Shown: one piece after another, positions 1 to 8,564 of the stretch
Numbering within the stretch: the first letter of the stretch is position 1
Layout of the letters: every line of letters begins with the position of its first letter
Assembly: GCA_036405415.1 (NCBI GenBank)
Contig: DASWXP010000002.1
Span: forward strand, 340,803-404,802
DNA length: 64,000 bases
Direction of reading: 5' to 3'
DNA from: Minisyncoccota bacterium
GTDB lineage: Bacteria > Patescibacteriota > Minisyncoccia > Phycocordibacterales > Phycocordibacteraceae
Position numbers and translations under genes: made by a program
The notes under the pieces: model-generated
Seen by the model: only the letters and a program-made list of their open reading frames with translations
Told to the model about the DNA's origin: nothing
Database searches by the model: none

Positions 1-686
1 TTTGCCTCAGCGAGACGCTTGTCCTCCTCGATCCTGAAGAGTTTCGCGCGCACTAGATCCATAGCCTTCTCGCGGTTGGCCTGCTGGCTGCGTTCTGAAG
101 ACACATGCGCTGACACCCCTGAAGGCGTATGCGTGATACGGACCGCAGTCTCCCGCTTGTTTACGTTCTGGCCGCCAGCGCCGCCTGAGCGCGCGAACTG
201 AATATCCAGGTCGTCAGGCGCAAGGACTATCTCCTCGTTCCCTGAGAGCACCGGCAACACCTCGACCAGCGCGAACGAAGTCTGGCGCTTGGCGTTCGCA
301 TTGAACGGCGAGATGCGCACCAGGCGGTGCACCCCGGCCTCATTCTTCAGCCTTCCGTACGCTCCTTTCCCTGAAACCTCAATAAGCACGTTGCGGAAAC
401 CGCCATGATCGTTCTCGTTGGCATGCAGTTCCCACGTATCCCACCCCTGGCTCGACGCATATCCCTCGTACATCCTGCGGAGCATGCGCGCGAAATCCTC
501 CGCGTCGTCACCTCCGGCTCCGGCAAGGATACCTATCGTTGCGGACCCTGCGTCATGCCCGTCTCCTGATCCTCCTTCTTTCAGGTTCTGATACTCGTGG
601 ATCACGCGCTGCGCGCTTACAGGGTCCTTCCAGAAATCCGGAGAGGCCATCAAAGCCTCGATCTCTGCGATGCGGTCCTCAGACAT
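1..686 (-). CDS. prfB: peptide chain release factor 2 (C-terminal part runs off the window edge; ATG at 686)
   Basis: Minus-strand reading frame open to position 1. Translation shows the GGQ loop (SGGAGGQNVNK), the SPF tripeptide typical of RF2 (RLVRISPFNANAKRQTSF) and a GAGGDDAEDFARMLRRMY block. An in-frame stop lies 7 codons upstream of the ATG at 686, and there is no CTTTGAC frameshift site. Confidence 0.8.
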   Translation of the reverse strand, partial: MSEDRIAEIEALMASPDFWKDPVSAQRVIHEYQNLKEGGSGDGHDAGSATIGILAGAGGDDAEDFARMLRRMYEGYASSQGWDTWELHANENDHGGFRNVLIEVSGKGAYGRLKNEAGVHRLVRISPFNANAKRQTSFALVEVLPVLSGNEEIVLAPDDLDIQFARSGGAGGQNVNKRETAVRITHTPSGVSAHVSSERSQQANREKAMDLVRAKLFRIEEDKRLAEA

Positions 687-711
687 AGGACGAGTGTACC
701 CTACCTAAGGA

Positions 712-749
712 CGAAGCGCCTGCGGAACTAGAGTTCCGCAGGCGCTTCG
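712..749. terminator. perfect 16-bp-stem hairpin (gaagcgcctgcggaac-taga-gttccgcaggcgcttc) between tRNA-Thr and the prfB start
   Basis: Inverted repeat read directly from the sequence; GC-rich stem. It sits immediately 3-prime of the minus-strand tRNA. Confidence 0.5.
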
Positions 750-752
750 CGC

Positions 753-828
753 TGGAGCCACCGGCCAGGATTGAACTGGCGACCTTTTCGTTACGAGTGA
801 AATGCTCTACCAACTGAGCTACGGTGGC
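753..828 (-). tRNA. tRNA-Thr (anticodon CGU), CCA encoded
   Basis: The reverse complement folds as a cloverleaf: 7-bp acceptor GCCACCG/CGGTGGC, D-arm GCTCAGTTGGTAGAGC, anticodon loop CTCGTAA, T-arm GGTCGCCAGTTCAATCCTGGC, then TCCA. Confidence 0.8.
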
Positions 829-863
829 GGTCCCGTCTACCATAGCGGGAAACGCGCTCCGGT

Positions 864-1481
864 TCAAGACTTCGGCTTCCAGAGCAGGCTCGCAGCAAGC
901 GCGCCGATAATAGCGCCGAGGAAGTTAACCGTAAGGTCGACCGCGGTGTTGTAGTACCCGCCGACATTCGAGTCCGGGACCGAGAGCTTGGCAGCGAACT
1001 CGATGATCTCGTTGATCGCCCCCATACCCATGGAAGCGAGGACCGCGAACACGAAGAGGCCGAACGCATGGAACCTACTGTCACGCCTCAAGAAGAAATA
1101 TGAAAGCACGCTCGCAACCAGCGATCCGTACGTATGCACGATCTGGTCGAACTTAATGAAGGTTAGGCCGGTCGGGTTCTCAATATAGACCGGCACGTAG
1201 TTGTACAGCACGTCGCCGTTAACGAGCACTGCTGCCCCGAGCATGTGCAACAGCCCAACGGAGGACAACATCCATAAAAGCCACGCCGGAACGCATTGAT
1301 GCGAGAGGACGCAGCCGCCAAGGATGACGAGCAGCACGATAACGGCTATGTATCCGAGGAATTCGCTGTTCCCTATGGAAACGAAATGGAACGCGGCGAA
1401 TACGGTGTAGAGGACGGTGAACAAGAGCGGCAGGAGGCGCGAGAGCGTGAGGTTCTCGAGCGAGGTTCGTATGAATTGCAT
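864..1481 (-). CDS. integral membrane protein, function unknown
   Basis: ORF 864..1688; the start was chosen at the internal ATG (MQFIRTS...) because upstream codons overlap a terminator hairpin. Multiple hydrophobic helices (LLPLLFTVLYTVFAAF, IAVIVLLVILGG, FGLFVFAVLASMGMG). Confidence 0.55.
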   Translation of the reverse strand: MQFIRTSLENLTLSRLLPLLFTVLYTVFAAFHFVSIGNSEFLGYIAVIVLLVILGGCVLSHQCVPAWLLWMLSSVGLLHMLGAAVLVNGDVLYNYVPVYIENPTGLTFIKFDQIVHTYGSLVASVLSYFFLRRDSRFHAFGLFVFAVLASMGMGAINEIIEFAAKLSVPDSNVGGYYNTAVDLTVNFLGAIIGALAASLLWKPKS

Positions 1482-1523
1482 GACGTGAAGATACCGATAC
1501 CTACATGAAGAGTTCATAAAGCA

Positions 1524-1547
1524 AAAGGGCGCGGTATGGTCCGCGCC
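1524..1547. terminator. hairpin gggcgcgg-tatggt-ccgcgccc
   Basis: 8-bp GC stem located 3-prime of the small ORF 1564..1743 on the minus strand. Confidence 0.4.
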
Positions 1548-1563
1548 CTCGAAAGCTTCTGCT

Positions 1564-1743
1564 TTATGGTCGATCATCGCGAGGATGACTGCCGTCCTGG
1601 TAGAGGTCGTCACCGGGGCGCGTGCGCGAGTCCGGCTGGTAGTCGTCCGGACGCGCATGACCCATGGTCCTGGGCTTGATCTCGCCAACGGAATGTTGTC
1701 CCGTCGGATCAGACCCGTCCCAGGTGTTTGTCGTCTCGGTCAT
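1564..1743 (-). CDS. small hydrophilic Asp/Pro/Arg-rich protein (59 aa), hypothetical
   Basis: ATG at 1743 is preceded by a strong GGGAGG Shine-Dalgarno sequence (ctgagggaggatttctgATG). Low-complexity composition, so coding is uncertain. Confidence 0.35.
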   Translation of the reverse strand: MTETTNTWDGSDPTGQHSVGEIKPRTMGHARPDDYQPDSRTRPGDDLYQDGSHPRDDRP

Positions 1744-1858
1744 CAGAAATCCTCCCTCAGGATCTGGTTGGAACAAAAATCAGGCTTCGCATTGCTGCGA
1801 AGCCACCACTCTCGCCCGTATCCGCCCTTTTGTAAAGCGGTGTTGTGCACTGTGTCGG

Positions 1859-1931
1859 AGCCGATGCCCGGGATTGAACCGGGGACCTCGTCCTTACCAT
1901 GGACGCGCTCTACCGACTGAGCTACATCGGC
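1859..1931 (-). tRNA. tRNA-Thr (anticodon GGU)
   Basis: The reverse complement gives GCCGATG acceptor, GCTCAGTCGGTAGAGC D-arm, anticodon stem CGTCC/GGACG with loop ATGGTAA, and T-arm CCCGGTTCAATCCCGGG. No CCA is encoded. Confidence 0.8.
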
Positions 1932-2040
1932 AATGTCCGCCGGAGCGGACTTTCTGAGAGTACGGCATTTCTCTCTGGTTTTCAACCGAAGGCAGCCCAC
2001 TTCACGATCCGTTCCGAAACCGCCCTGTACCATATATGGA

Positions 2041-2772
2041 ATGCAGATACGAATAGTGGTTGCGAACATCCAGTCGGGCATCGGCGTGACCAGAGGGTAC
2101 CGGCAGTACCTCACGAGCAGCTGGCGGTATATCCTCCCGCATGACGGTCCCGGGGCGCTCGGCGCAGGAGCGTTTCTGCGCGCGGAAGACGCTGATGTCG
2201 CGCTTCTCACAGAAGTCGACGCGGGTTCTCGCAGGTCGCGCGGCATCTCGCAGATCGATGCGATCGCTCTTGAAGCAGGACTCTCGCATGCCCGGTTCTT
2301 CCCTACGAGAAGCGTGGGAACCTCAATCAACGAAGGGAACGCGGTGCTGTCCCGCTTCCCTATCCTCAGCACTAGGACGCACCCACTCAAGAGCGGCGTG
2401 AACCCGAGAGTGCTTGGAGAAGCGATCATCAACGCAGGTGGCACACCGCTTACCGTGCTGGTCGCGCATCTTGCGCTCGGTACGCGCCTGCGCGAGTCGC
2501 AGATCGCGGAGATCGCCGCGCGCGTGAAGGAAGTCGAGGGGCCGCTCATACTCGGCGGCGACTTCAACGAGCGGGACCAGAGCGCCTTCAGGCTCCTGCT
2601 ACAAGCCGGTCTTGCTTCGGTTGCAGTGCCGAGCTACCCCTCCTGGAAGCCGCGCCATGCGCTCCAGATGCTCTTCCATACGAGAGACATACGCATCGAG
2701 AGCGCGGCCGTGCCTCCGGATTCTCGCTTCTCGGACCACCTCCCGCTTATCGTAGCGGCAGCACTGGATTGA
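2041..2772 (+). CDS. endonuclease/exonuclease/phosphatase (EEP) family protein
   Basis: ORF 1933..2772 trimmed to the ATG at 2041 (MQIRIVVANIQ). It carries the GDFNE and SDHLPL motifs characteristic of the EEP fold. Confidence 0.6.
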   Translation: MQIRIVVANIQSGIGVTRGYRQYLTSSWRYILPHDGPGALGAGAFLRAEDADVALLTEVDAGSRRSRGISQIDAIALEAGLSHARFFPTRSVGTSINEGNAVLSRFPILSTRTHPLKSGVNPRVLGEAIINAGGTPLTVLVAHLALGTRLRESQIAEIAARVKEVEGPLILGGDFNERDQSAFRLLLQAGLASVAVPSYPSWKPRHALQMLFHTRDIRIESAAVPPDSRFSDHLPLIVAAALD

Positions 2773-2841
2773 AGTGCTTACGAACGAGAACTCAACTGGC
2801 ACAAAGCACAAAACCGCCCTTCCGGACGGTTTCGTGACGTG

Positions 2842-2915
2842 CGCGGTCGACGAGACTTGAACTCGCAACCTCCCGCGTGACAGGCGGGTGCTCTAACCAG
2901 TTGAGCTACGACCGC
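2842..2915 (-). tRNA. tRNA-Asp (anticodon GUC)
   Basis: The reverse complement gives GCGGTCG acceptor, GCTCAACTGGTTAGAGC D-arm, anticodon loop CTGTCAC, and T-arm GCGAGTTCAAGTCTCGT. Confidence 0.8.
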
Positions 2916-2965
2916 AAACAGCGCACGAGTCGAAATATAGCCTGTTTATAGGCTATACACAACCC

Positions 2966-3042
2966 TGGTGTCGGGGGTGGGGAATGATCCCACGACCTTA
3001 GCGTTATGAGTGCTACGCTCTAACCAACTGAGCTACCCCGAC
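2966..3042 (-). tRNA. tRNA with CAU anticodon (elongator Met or lysidine-type Ile2), CCA encoded
   Basis: The reverse complement gives GTCGGGG acceptor paired with CCCCGAC, anticodon loop CTCATAA, then ACCA. Positions 1:72 are paired and the anticodon stem is not GC-triplet, so this is not an initiator. Confidence 0.7.
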
Positions 3043-3076
3043 AATACACGCACCATACTATATGGAGCGCAGCGGT

Positions 3077-3772
3077 TCAACGGCCGCTTGAGAGGATTTC
3101 CTCTGCTTTAGCGAGGTCCTCCGGCGCCGTTATCTGGATCCACGACGTGGCCGGCACGGCCCAGAGCGGAATCCCACTTTCCTTGGAGGCAGCGAGTACC
3201 GTCTGTGGCAAGCCGTACTCGTCGCTCCCTTCCGCTTTCGGAACCATTGGATAGTCAAAGACGCGGGGATCAAGCGCGAGCATGTTCGTATTCATAAGAC
3301 CTGGCTTGCCCCGATGATCCCCTTCCTCGATAGCGACGATATGCCCGGTATCGTCCATCACCATGCGGCCTCCTGAGCCCATCTGCTCTGTCTCTTCGAC
3401 AAGCACGCTCCAGTCCGGGGAACGAAGACAGGTCTCGACATCCTCGCGCGCGTAGAGGTCGTCCCCCATCATCACCACGAACCGGTCCGTGAGGTACGGC
3501 TTCGCGAGCGCGAGCGCGCCCATGGTCCCATCCAGGTTCTCCTGCACGGCATAGCGGATGGTTCTTCCCTCGAACGAACCTCCGAATGCGCTCCGGATAA
3601 CGTCGCCCTGGTAGCCGACGACAATGATGACCTCGTCGACCTCTGGCGGAAGCGCATCAAGCTTATGCTCGATGAGCGACTTCCCGTGCACAGTAAGCAT
3701 GGGCTTCGGAACGGAATCCGTAAGCTCCTTCATGCGAGTGCCGCGGCCTGCGGCGAGAATGACAGCTTGCAT
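3077..3772 (-). CDS. sugar-phosphate nucleotidyltransferase (NTP-transferase family)
   Basis: N-terminal signature MQAVILAAGRGTRM (G-x-G-T-R), typical of glucose-1-P thymidylyl/uridylyltransferases; 231 aa. Confidence 0.75.
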   Translation of the reverse strand: MQAVILAAGRGTRMKELTDSVPKPMLTVHGKSLIEHKLDALPPEVDEVIIVVGYQGDVIRSAFGGSFEGRTIRYAVQENLDGTMGALALAKPYLTDRFVVMMGDDLYAREDVETCLRSPDWSVLVEETEQMGSGGRMVMDDTGHIVAIEEGDHRGKPGLMNTNMLALDPRVFDYPMVPKAEGSDEYGLPQTVLAASKESGIPLWAVPATSWIQITAPEDLAKAEEILSSGR

Positions 3773-3774
3773 AC

Positions 3775-4869
3775 TTAGAGTGCTTCAAGCACAGAAGCCG
3801 CTTGGTTACTGTCTGGCACCACTACAGACGGCTCGCTCATGGCGTTATACGCAAGGACTGAGAGCGAGACGACAAGAATCGCGAGACCTCCGCTCAGCAC
3901 CTCTCGGTACGCAACCTTCGCATGGAAGACAATTGCGAGCGTAAGCAGGATACCTACCAGCACGGCAAGCGTGGCGAGTACATACATGAGCGTCTGTGCT
4001 GGAGACGTAGCCGCCTGCGCCGCAAAATCAGTTGCCGTAGTAACTACCTCTACTTCGGAACCTTCTTCTTGAGGCGTTGGAGCCGCTACTTCCGCTGGTA
4101 CCATCGGCTCAGTGACTGACGGCTCCTCTGCCATCGTTTCTGCCTCAATACCGAGCACTTGTTCTTCTCCGGTAGGCTCTGGCGCTTGCGTGAGAGAGCT
4201 TTCGATTTCTGCTTTAGGCTGGGGCGCTGCAGAAGCAGCGGCTTTCGGTGTTGCAAAGAACTGTACTACGAACGTAGTGTCCCGGCCCTGATAGGTTCCT
4301 TGCGCTACTCCGATACCAATACGCGTGTACTGAGACTTCACGATGTTTGCGTGATGAGTCGGCGACTTCATCCATGCCTCTTGAACGTCCTCTGAGTCCG
4401 TGAAGTTAACCGCGAGGTTCTCGCCCGCGTAGCTATACTCGTACCCCACCTGCTTCAGCCAGTACCATGGCTGCCGCCCTTCCGGATCAACGTGAGAGAA
4501 ATATCCGCGAGCGGCCATGTCCTCGGCCTTCAGCTGTGCCGCACGGGCAAGATGCGTATCTTCCTGGAGTGCGCTGATTCCGGCCTCTGCACGGTCTTCA
4601 TTAGTAAGCGTAGCAAGTACTCCGGGAAGGACCGATGCGAGGAAGTTCGTTTCCTGGAAGACGAACCGGGTCTGAACGAAATACGCCGCCTGGAGAAGAA
4701 GTATCAGCGCCACGACCGTGACCACGCCGCCAAGCGTGAACAATAGCGGCTTATACGCATTACGCTCATGCGGGAGAAGCGCGTCGTAGAAGTGGTGACG
4801 GAGCTTTTTTCGCGCCATTAATATAAACAATACAACAGGAATAGAAAACAGCAATCCCCGCCGTTTCAA
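3775..4869 (-). CDS. membrane-anchored CAP (SCP/PR1-like) domain protein
   Basis: N-terminal TM helix. CAP-domain block YFSHVDPEGRQPWYWLKQVGYEYSYAGENLAVNFTDSEDVQEAWMKSPTHHANI. Acidic Pro/Glu-rich linker and a second hydrophobic segment. Confidence 0.6.
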   Translation of the reverse strand: MKRRGLLFSIPVVLFILMARKKLRHHFYDALLPHERNAYKPLLFTLGGVVTVVALILLLQAAYFVQTRFVFQETNFLASVLPGVLATLTNEDRAEAGISALQEDTHLARAAQLKAEDMAARGYFSHVDPEGRQPWYWLKQVGYEYSYAGENLAVNFTDSEDVQEAWMKSPTHHANIVKSQYTRIGIGVAQGTYQGRDTTFVVQFFATPKAAASAAPQPKAEIESSLTQAPEPTGEEQVLGIEAETMAEEPSVTEPMVPAEVAAPTPQEEGSEVEVVTTATDFAAQAATSPAQTLMYVLATLAVLVGILLTLAIVFHAKVAYREVLSGGLAILVVSLSVLAYNAMSEPSVVVPDSNQAASVLEAL

Positions 4870-4900
4870 GGCGGGGATTGCTGTTTTACGTCCTTAGAAC

Positions 4901-6541
4901 CTAGTTCGCAGGCGTCGTAGTGCCTGTGGTTTGCGCCGTCATCGTCGCAGCGACTGCTGCGCGCGTAAGCGGACCAAAGTATCCCGTTGACGGAACACCA
5001 TGTGTTGCCTGCCACTGCTTGAGCGCGGCCTGAGTCATCGGGCCGAACCATCCAGTTGGTGCCGGGATCGCGAGAAGACCAGCGTCGATAAGCATCTGCT
5101 GGAGCGCGTTTACATCAGCGCCTGTCTTGCCGTACCAGAGGTCAACCGTGAAGTTGTAGGTCGAGGCACCAAGGACCTGGCCCTGGCCAGGCGTAACGCT
5201 ATTTACCTGACCCGTGACGCTAGCGTTAGCATTTGCGTTCGAGTTGGTGTTTACCGTGCGGCGACTGGAGCCGCTCCGGCCAGAACTGCCACCATTGTTA
5301 TCATCTTCTGGCTGAGCAATAACCGGAGCGATCGTCGCCCAGTCATGCTGTTCAGAGAGAGTCGTGTTTTCTGCAACGATACCATTGACTGTGATGATAG
5401 CCTTTGCAGGTTTCTCTGCTGACTCCCACTCGCCGAGCGTCCAGTACTCTTCAGTTCCGTACGTAAGGTTCTGCGTGATGAACGGGGTGCTGAACTGCGT
5501 CGTGTTCTGTGCAAGCAGTTCGTTTAGCTTCGCGAGATTACCCTCATTGACGGCAAGGGTGTTTCCACTCGCGTCCTGAAGTTCAACCGTGAGTTCAGTA
5601 AACGTGCTGATGTTCGACACATTGAAGCCAACATTGATACCTGTGTAGTCGGTACCTGCGTGAGTGTTGAAGTTCTCTGCATTCACAGCAGGGATGATGG
5701 ACTCCCACGCATGCTGTTCAGAAAGCGTCGTATTCTCTACCTCGATACCGTTAACGGTAATAACTGCGGTCGAAGGCTTTGCATAGGACTTCCACTCGCC
5801 GAGCGTCCAGTACTCTTCCGTTCCGTAGGTAAGGTTCTGCGTGATGAACGGGGTGCTGAGCTGAGCTGCACCATTGACGAGAAGTGGGTTGAGCTTAGCA
5901 GCTACACCCGTGTTAGTAACGATTTCATCGCCATTAGCGTCCCTGAGCTCGACCGTAACATCGTCAAGGTTTGCCATGTTCGTAACCCGGAATCCGACGT
6001 TGATGCCCTTGTAGTCAGTACCAGAATGGGTGTTGAAATTCTCAGCAGTTACACCAGGAACAATGCTTTCCCAGGTCGGCCAACTACCACCTTCGTTAAA
6101 GCTTGAGTTAGTGGTTACGAGATCGCCGTCAGCAGTACTTACGGTAATAGTAACGCTTACAGGTCGAGTATCGACACTCCATGCTGCAGGAGCAGGATTC
6201 CAATAGAGCGTGTCACCTGCCTCAGTAAAGGAACCTTCCTTTATAACGAATGGGGTCGTGAGCTGATTGGTGCCTGGTGAATTAATGATGCCAAGCACAC
6301 CAGCATTTGCTGTTTTAGTTACGCTTGAACCGTCTGCACGGTTCAAGGTTACAGTTACCGCTGTTGCGTTTGTAATATCGGTTGTACGGAAACCGACACT
6401 TATGCCCTTGTAGCTTCCATCGACGGTCACGAACTCCTCAGCATCCACCGCTGGAGCGGCATAGACGCTTACAGGAGCTATGGCTGTGAGAAGCGCGAAC
6501 GCAGAAACCATGCTCGCGAGCTTAGTAAAGGTATTAGTCAT
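4901..6541 (-). CDS. secreted repeat protein with C-terminal peptidoglycan-binding (PG_binding_1-like) domain
   Basis: Start taken at the internal ATG 6541 (MTNTFTKLASMVSAFALLTAIAPVSVYA, a signal peptide). Three ~124-aa repeats (NFNTH.GTDY.GINVGF ... STPFITQNLTYGTEEYWTLGEW). C-terminus GADVNALQQMLIDAGLL...GWFGPMTQAALKQWQ resembles a PG-binding domain. Confidence 0.65.
   Translation of the reverse strand: MTNTFTKLASMVSAFALLTAIAPVSVYAAPAVDAEEFVTVDGSYKGISVGFRTTDITNATAVTVTLNRADGSSVTKTANAGVLGIINSPGTNQLTTPFVIKEGSFTEAGDTLYWNPAPAAWSVDTRPVSVTITVSTADGDLVTTNSSFNEGGSWPTWESIVPGVTAENFNTHSGTDYKGINVGFRVTNMANLDDVTVELRDANGDEIVTNTGVAAKLNPLLVNGAAQLSTPFITQNLTYGTEEYWTLGEWKSYAKPSTAVITVNGIEVENTTLSEQHAWESIIPAVNAENFNTHAGTDYTGINVGFNVSNISTFTELTVELQDASGNTLAVNEGNLAKLNELLAQNTTQFSTPFITQNLTYGTEEYWTLGEWESAEKPAKAIITVNGIVAENTTLSEQHDWATIAPVIAQPEDDNNGGSSGRSGSSRRTVNTNSNANANASVTGQVNSVTPGQGQVLGASTYNFTVDLWYGKTGADVNALQQMLIDAGLLAIPAPTGWFGPMTQAALKQWQATHGVPSTGYFGPLTRAAVAATMTAQTTGTTTPAN
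5330..6075. repeat. two ~370-bp tandem DNA repeats inside CDS 4901..6541
   Basis: Near-identical stretches, e.g. 5417-5500 versus 5787-5870 (ctcgccgagcgtccagtactcttc.gttccgta.gtaaggttctgcgtgatgaacggggtgctga), with a 370-bp period. Confidence 0.7.
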
Positions 6542-6751
6542 AAGTTTGCCTAATAGAAGTAATCGCCCGTTATTACCCCAGGTATGCCACTGCAACCTGC
6601 CCCAGTAATACCTTCACCCTATTCTTCTCAACTCATTTGTCAATAAAAGTTTCTGTTGTGACATGATAAAAAATTCATGTTTTCTTTATGTCTATTCTGA
6701 TCACTTTCAGAGAACGATGCCGCCAGTTTGCGCATGCGGTACCATAGGTCT

Positions 6752-7846
6752 ATGAAATCCTTTAGCGCACTTCTACTTGGAGCACTTCTATTCCTTCCCT
6801 TCACAGGATTTGCTCAAGGAGTAGAAGAGCAGCGTCTCTTGAAGGCGCGTGTGCTCGAAGCCTCCCCTACCACCGAACGGGTCGTGGAAGGTACGAGCAT
6901 CGTGACCGAGACCCAGACCCTCACTATCGAGGTGCTCGAGGGCGAAGACCGGGGACGGACCGCTACCTTCGAGAACGATTTCACGCAGCTTGAGGAAGGC
7001 GACATATTCTACGTACGCCATACGGTCGGCGGATTCGATCTTGAGACCTGGGCGGTCTCAGACCCGTATCGCCTCGACGTACTCATGTGGGTGGGCCTCG
7101 CGTTCCTTGCACTAGTGTTCCTCTTCGGAGGACTCCAGGGCATCCGCGGACTCGCTTCGCTTGCCGGAAGCCTCGTGCTTATCTTCTACCTCCTCCTGCC
7201 CGGCATCTATAGCGGCGGGTCTCCAATTCTCATATCACTTGGCGTGGCAGGACTCATCATCATCGTGGGTTCCTACGTGACGCACGGCGTAAACAAGACC
7301 ACGACCGCAGCCATGCTCGGCATGCTCGCGACAATCCTCGTCACGGGCCTTGCGACCTATCTCGTTATCGGCATGGCCTCGCTCTCGGGATTCACTTCCG
7401 AGGAGAACGCGTACCTTAACTTCGCGACCAGCGGCACGCTCGACATGGTTGGCCTCCTGTTCGGCGGCATCATGATCGGTCTTCTCGGCGTCCTCTATGA
7501 CAGTGCGATTGGCCAGGCGGTCGCGGTAGAAGAGCTGTATACCGCGGGCACGAATTACACCCGCAAGCAGGTATATCTGCGCGCGCTTCGGATCGGGCGC
7601 GAGCATATCGGCGCCTTGGTTAACACGCTCGCTATCGCATACGTAGGTGCGTCGCTCCCGCTCCTGCTTCTCCTGAAGCAGTCGACGGCGAGTCCGCTCT
7701 ATCTTCTCAATAGCGAGATCTTCGCCACGGAGATCATCCGCATTCTCATGGGAAGCATCGGTGTGATACTCGCCGTGCCGATCACGACGCTCATCGCCAC
7801 ATCGCTCCTCAAGGGAACAAAGCCTTCTGGGATCCACGCGCATTAG
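6752..7846 (+). CDS. YibE/F-like multi-pass membrane protein
   Basis: ORF 6728..7846. Preferred start is ATG 6752 (MKSFSALLLGALLFLPFTGFAQG, a signal-like peptide) with aggt 8 nt upstream. Soluble N-domain followed by about 6 Gly-rich TM helices, as in the YibE/F family. Confidence 0.5.
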   Translation: MKSFSALLLGALLFLPFTGFAQGVEEQRLLKARVLEASPTTERVVEGTSIVTETQTLTIEVLEGEDRGRTATFENDFTQLEEGDIFYVRHTVGGFDLETWAVSDPYRLDVLMWVGLAFLALVFLFGGLQGIRGLASLAGSLVLIFYLLLPGIYSGGSPILISLGVAGLIIIVGSYVTHGVNKTTTAAMLGMLATILVTGLATYLVIGMASLSGFTSEENAYLNFATSGTLDMVGLLFGGIMIGLLGVLYDSAIGQAVAVEELYTAGTNYTRKQVYLRALRIGREHIGALVNTLAIAYVGASLPLLLLLKQSTASPLYLLNSEIFATEIIRILMGSIGVILAVPITTLIATSLLKGTKPSGIHAH

Positions 7847-7889
7847 CGCTTGACTCTATCCTCTGCTGGTATAGAGTGCTGGTATTACT

Positions 7890-7908
7890 AATGCAAATTA
7901 ATTGCATT
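7890..7908. promoter_or_regulatory. 19-bp AT-rich imperfect palindrome AATGCAAATTAATTGCATT (candidate Fur-family operator)
   Basis: 8 of 9 symmetric pairs. It sits 6 bp upstream of the CDF transporter ATG, in an operon that ends with a Fur-family regulator gene. Confidence 0.45.
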
Positions 7909-7913
7909 TACCC

Positions 7914-8564
7914 ATGTCACTTACCACGTTTGCTAAGAATCATCCGCTCGCGATATACGGACTCGTCTGGCTATTGAGTCTCTTCATCGTGTCGCTCGAG
8001 CTCGTGGGCTCGGGCGTCTCCGGGAGTCAGGCGCTCCTTGCGGACGTAGGACATGTCGCAAGTGATACCCTGCTCGCGCTCGTCCCGCTCGCAGCGCTCC
8101 TCTTCGTGCGCCTCGGATGGAACTACCGCAAAGTCGCGTTCGTGAGCAGCCTCGCCGCGGTAGCGATTCTCCTGTGGGTTGGCGTGCACGTAGGCGGCGA
8201 AGCATGGGAAGCGCTCATGGGAGAGGAGCATCACGACCATGAAGTTAATGGCGTATTCCTCTTCCTATTCTCAGGCGTAGCAGCGATCGCGAACCTGATC
8301 CAGCACCGCCTTCTCTCGCGCATCGATCCTGAGCATCATCATGGCGCGCACCAGGGCCTCCATTTCCATGTACTCATGGACCTCGTGAAGAACGTGGCGC
8401 TCCCGGTGCTCGGCATCCTGATCGCGCTCGAGTTCCTCCCTGACCACGCGGACCTCTGGGCAGCGCTTGTTATCGGGGTGCTTCTCATCATCCGCGCCCT
8501 CATGCTTCTATATACGACCCTCTTCCAGGAGAAGCGCCTGCATGCAGGTCATGACCACGCCTAG
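7914..8564 (+). CDS. cation diffusion facilitator (CDF) family transporter, short form lacking the C-terminal cytoplasmic domain
   Basis: Six TM helices and His-rich loops (EEHHDHE, EHHHGAHQGLHFH, HAGHDHA). ATG at 7914; the TTG at 7902 would overlap the palindrome. Confidence 0.6.
   Translation: MSLTTFAKNHPLAIYGLVWLLSLFIVSLELVGSGVSGSQALLADVGHVASDTLLALVPLAALLFVRLGWNYRKVAFVSSLAAVAILLWVGVHVGGEAWEALMGEEHHDHEVNGVFLFLFSGVAAIANLIQHRLLSRIDPEHHHGAHQGLHFHVLMDLVKNVALPVLGILIALEFLPDHADLWAALVIGVLLIIRALMLLYTTLFQEKRLHAGHDHA

Noticed and set aside
600-760. Search for the RF2 programmed +1 frameshift site (CUU UGA C) upstream of the prfB ATG
   Set aside because: An in-frame stop lies 7 codons upstream of ATG 686, and the upstream 70 bp are occupied by a terminator hairpin and a tRNA. 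No frameshift cassette is present.
1743-2567. 274-aa minus-strand ORF spanning tRNA-Thr(GGU) and the EEP gene
   Set aside because: It overlaps a tRNA gene and the opposite-strand EEP-family CDS that carries recognisable catalytic motifs. Its translation is a low-complexity Ser/Arg/Ala sequence.
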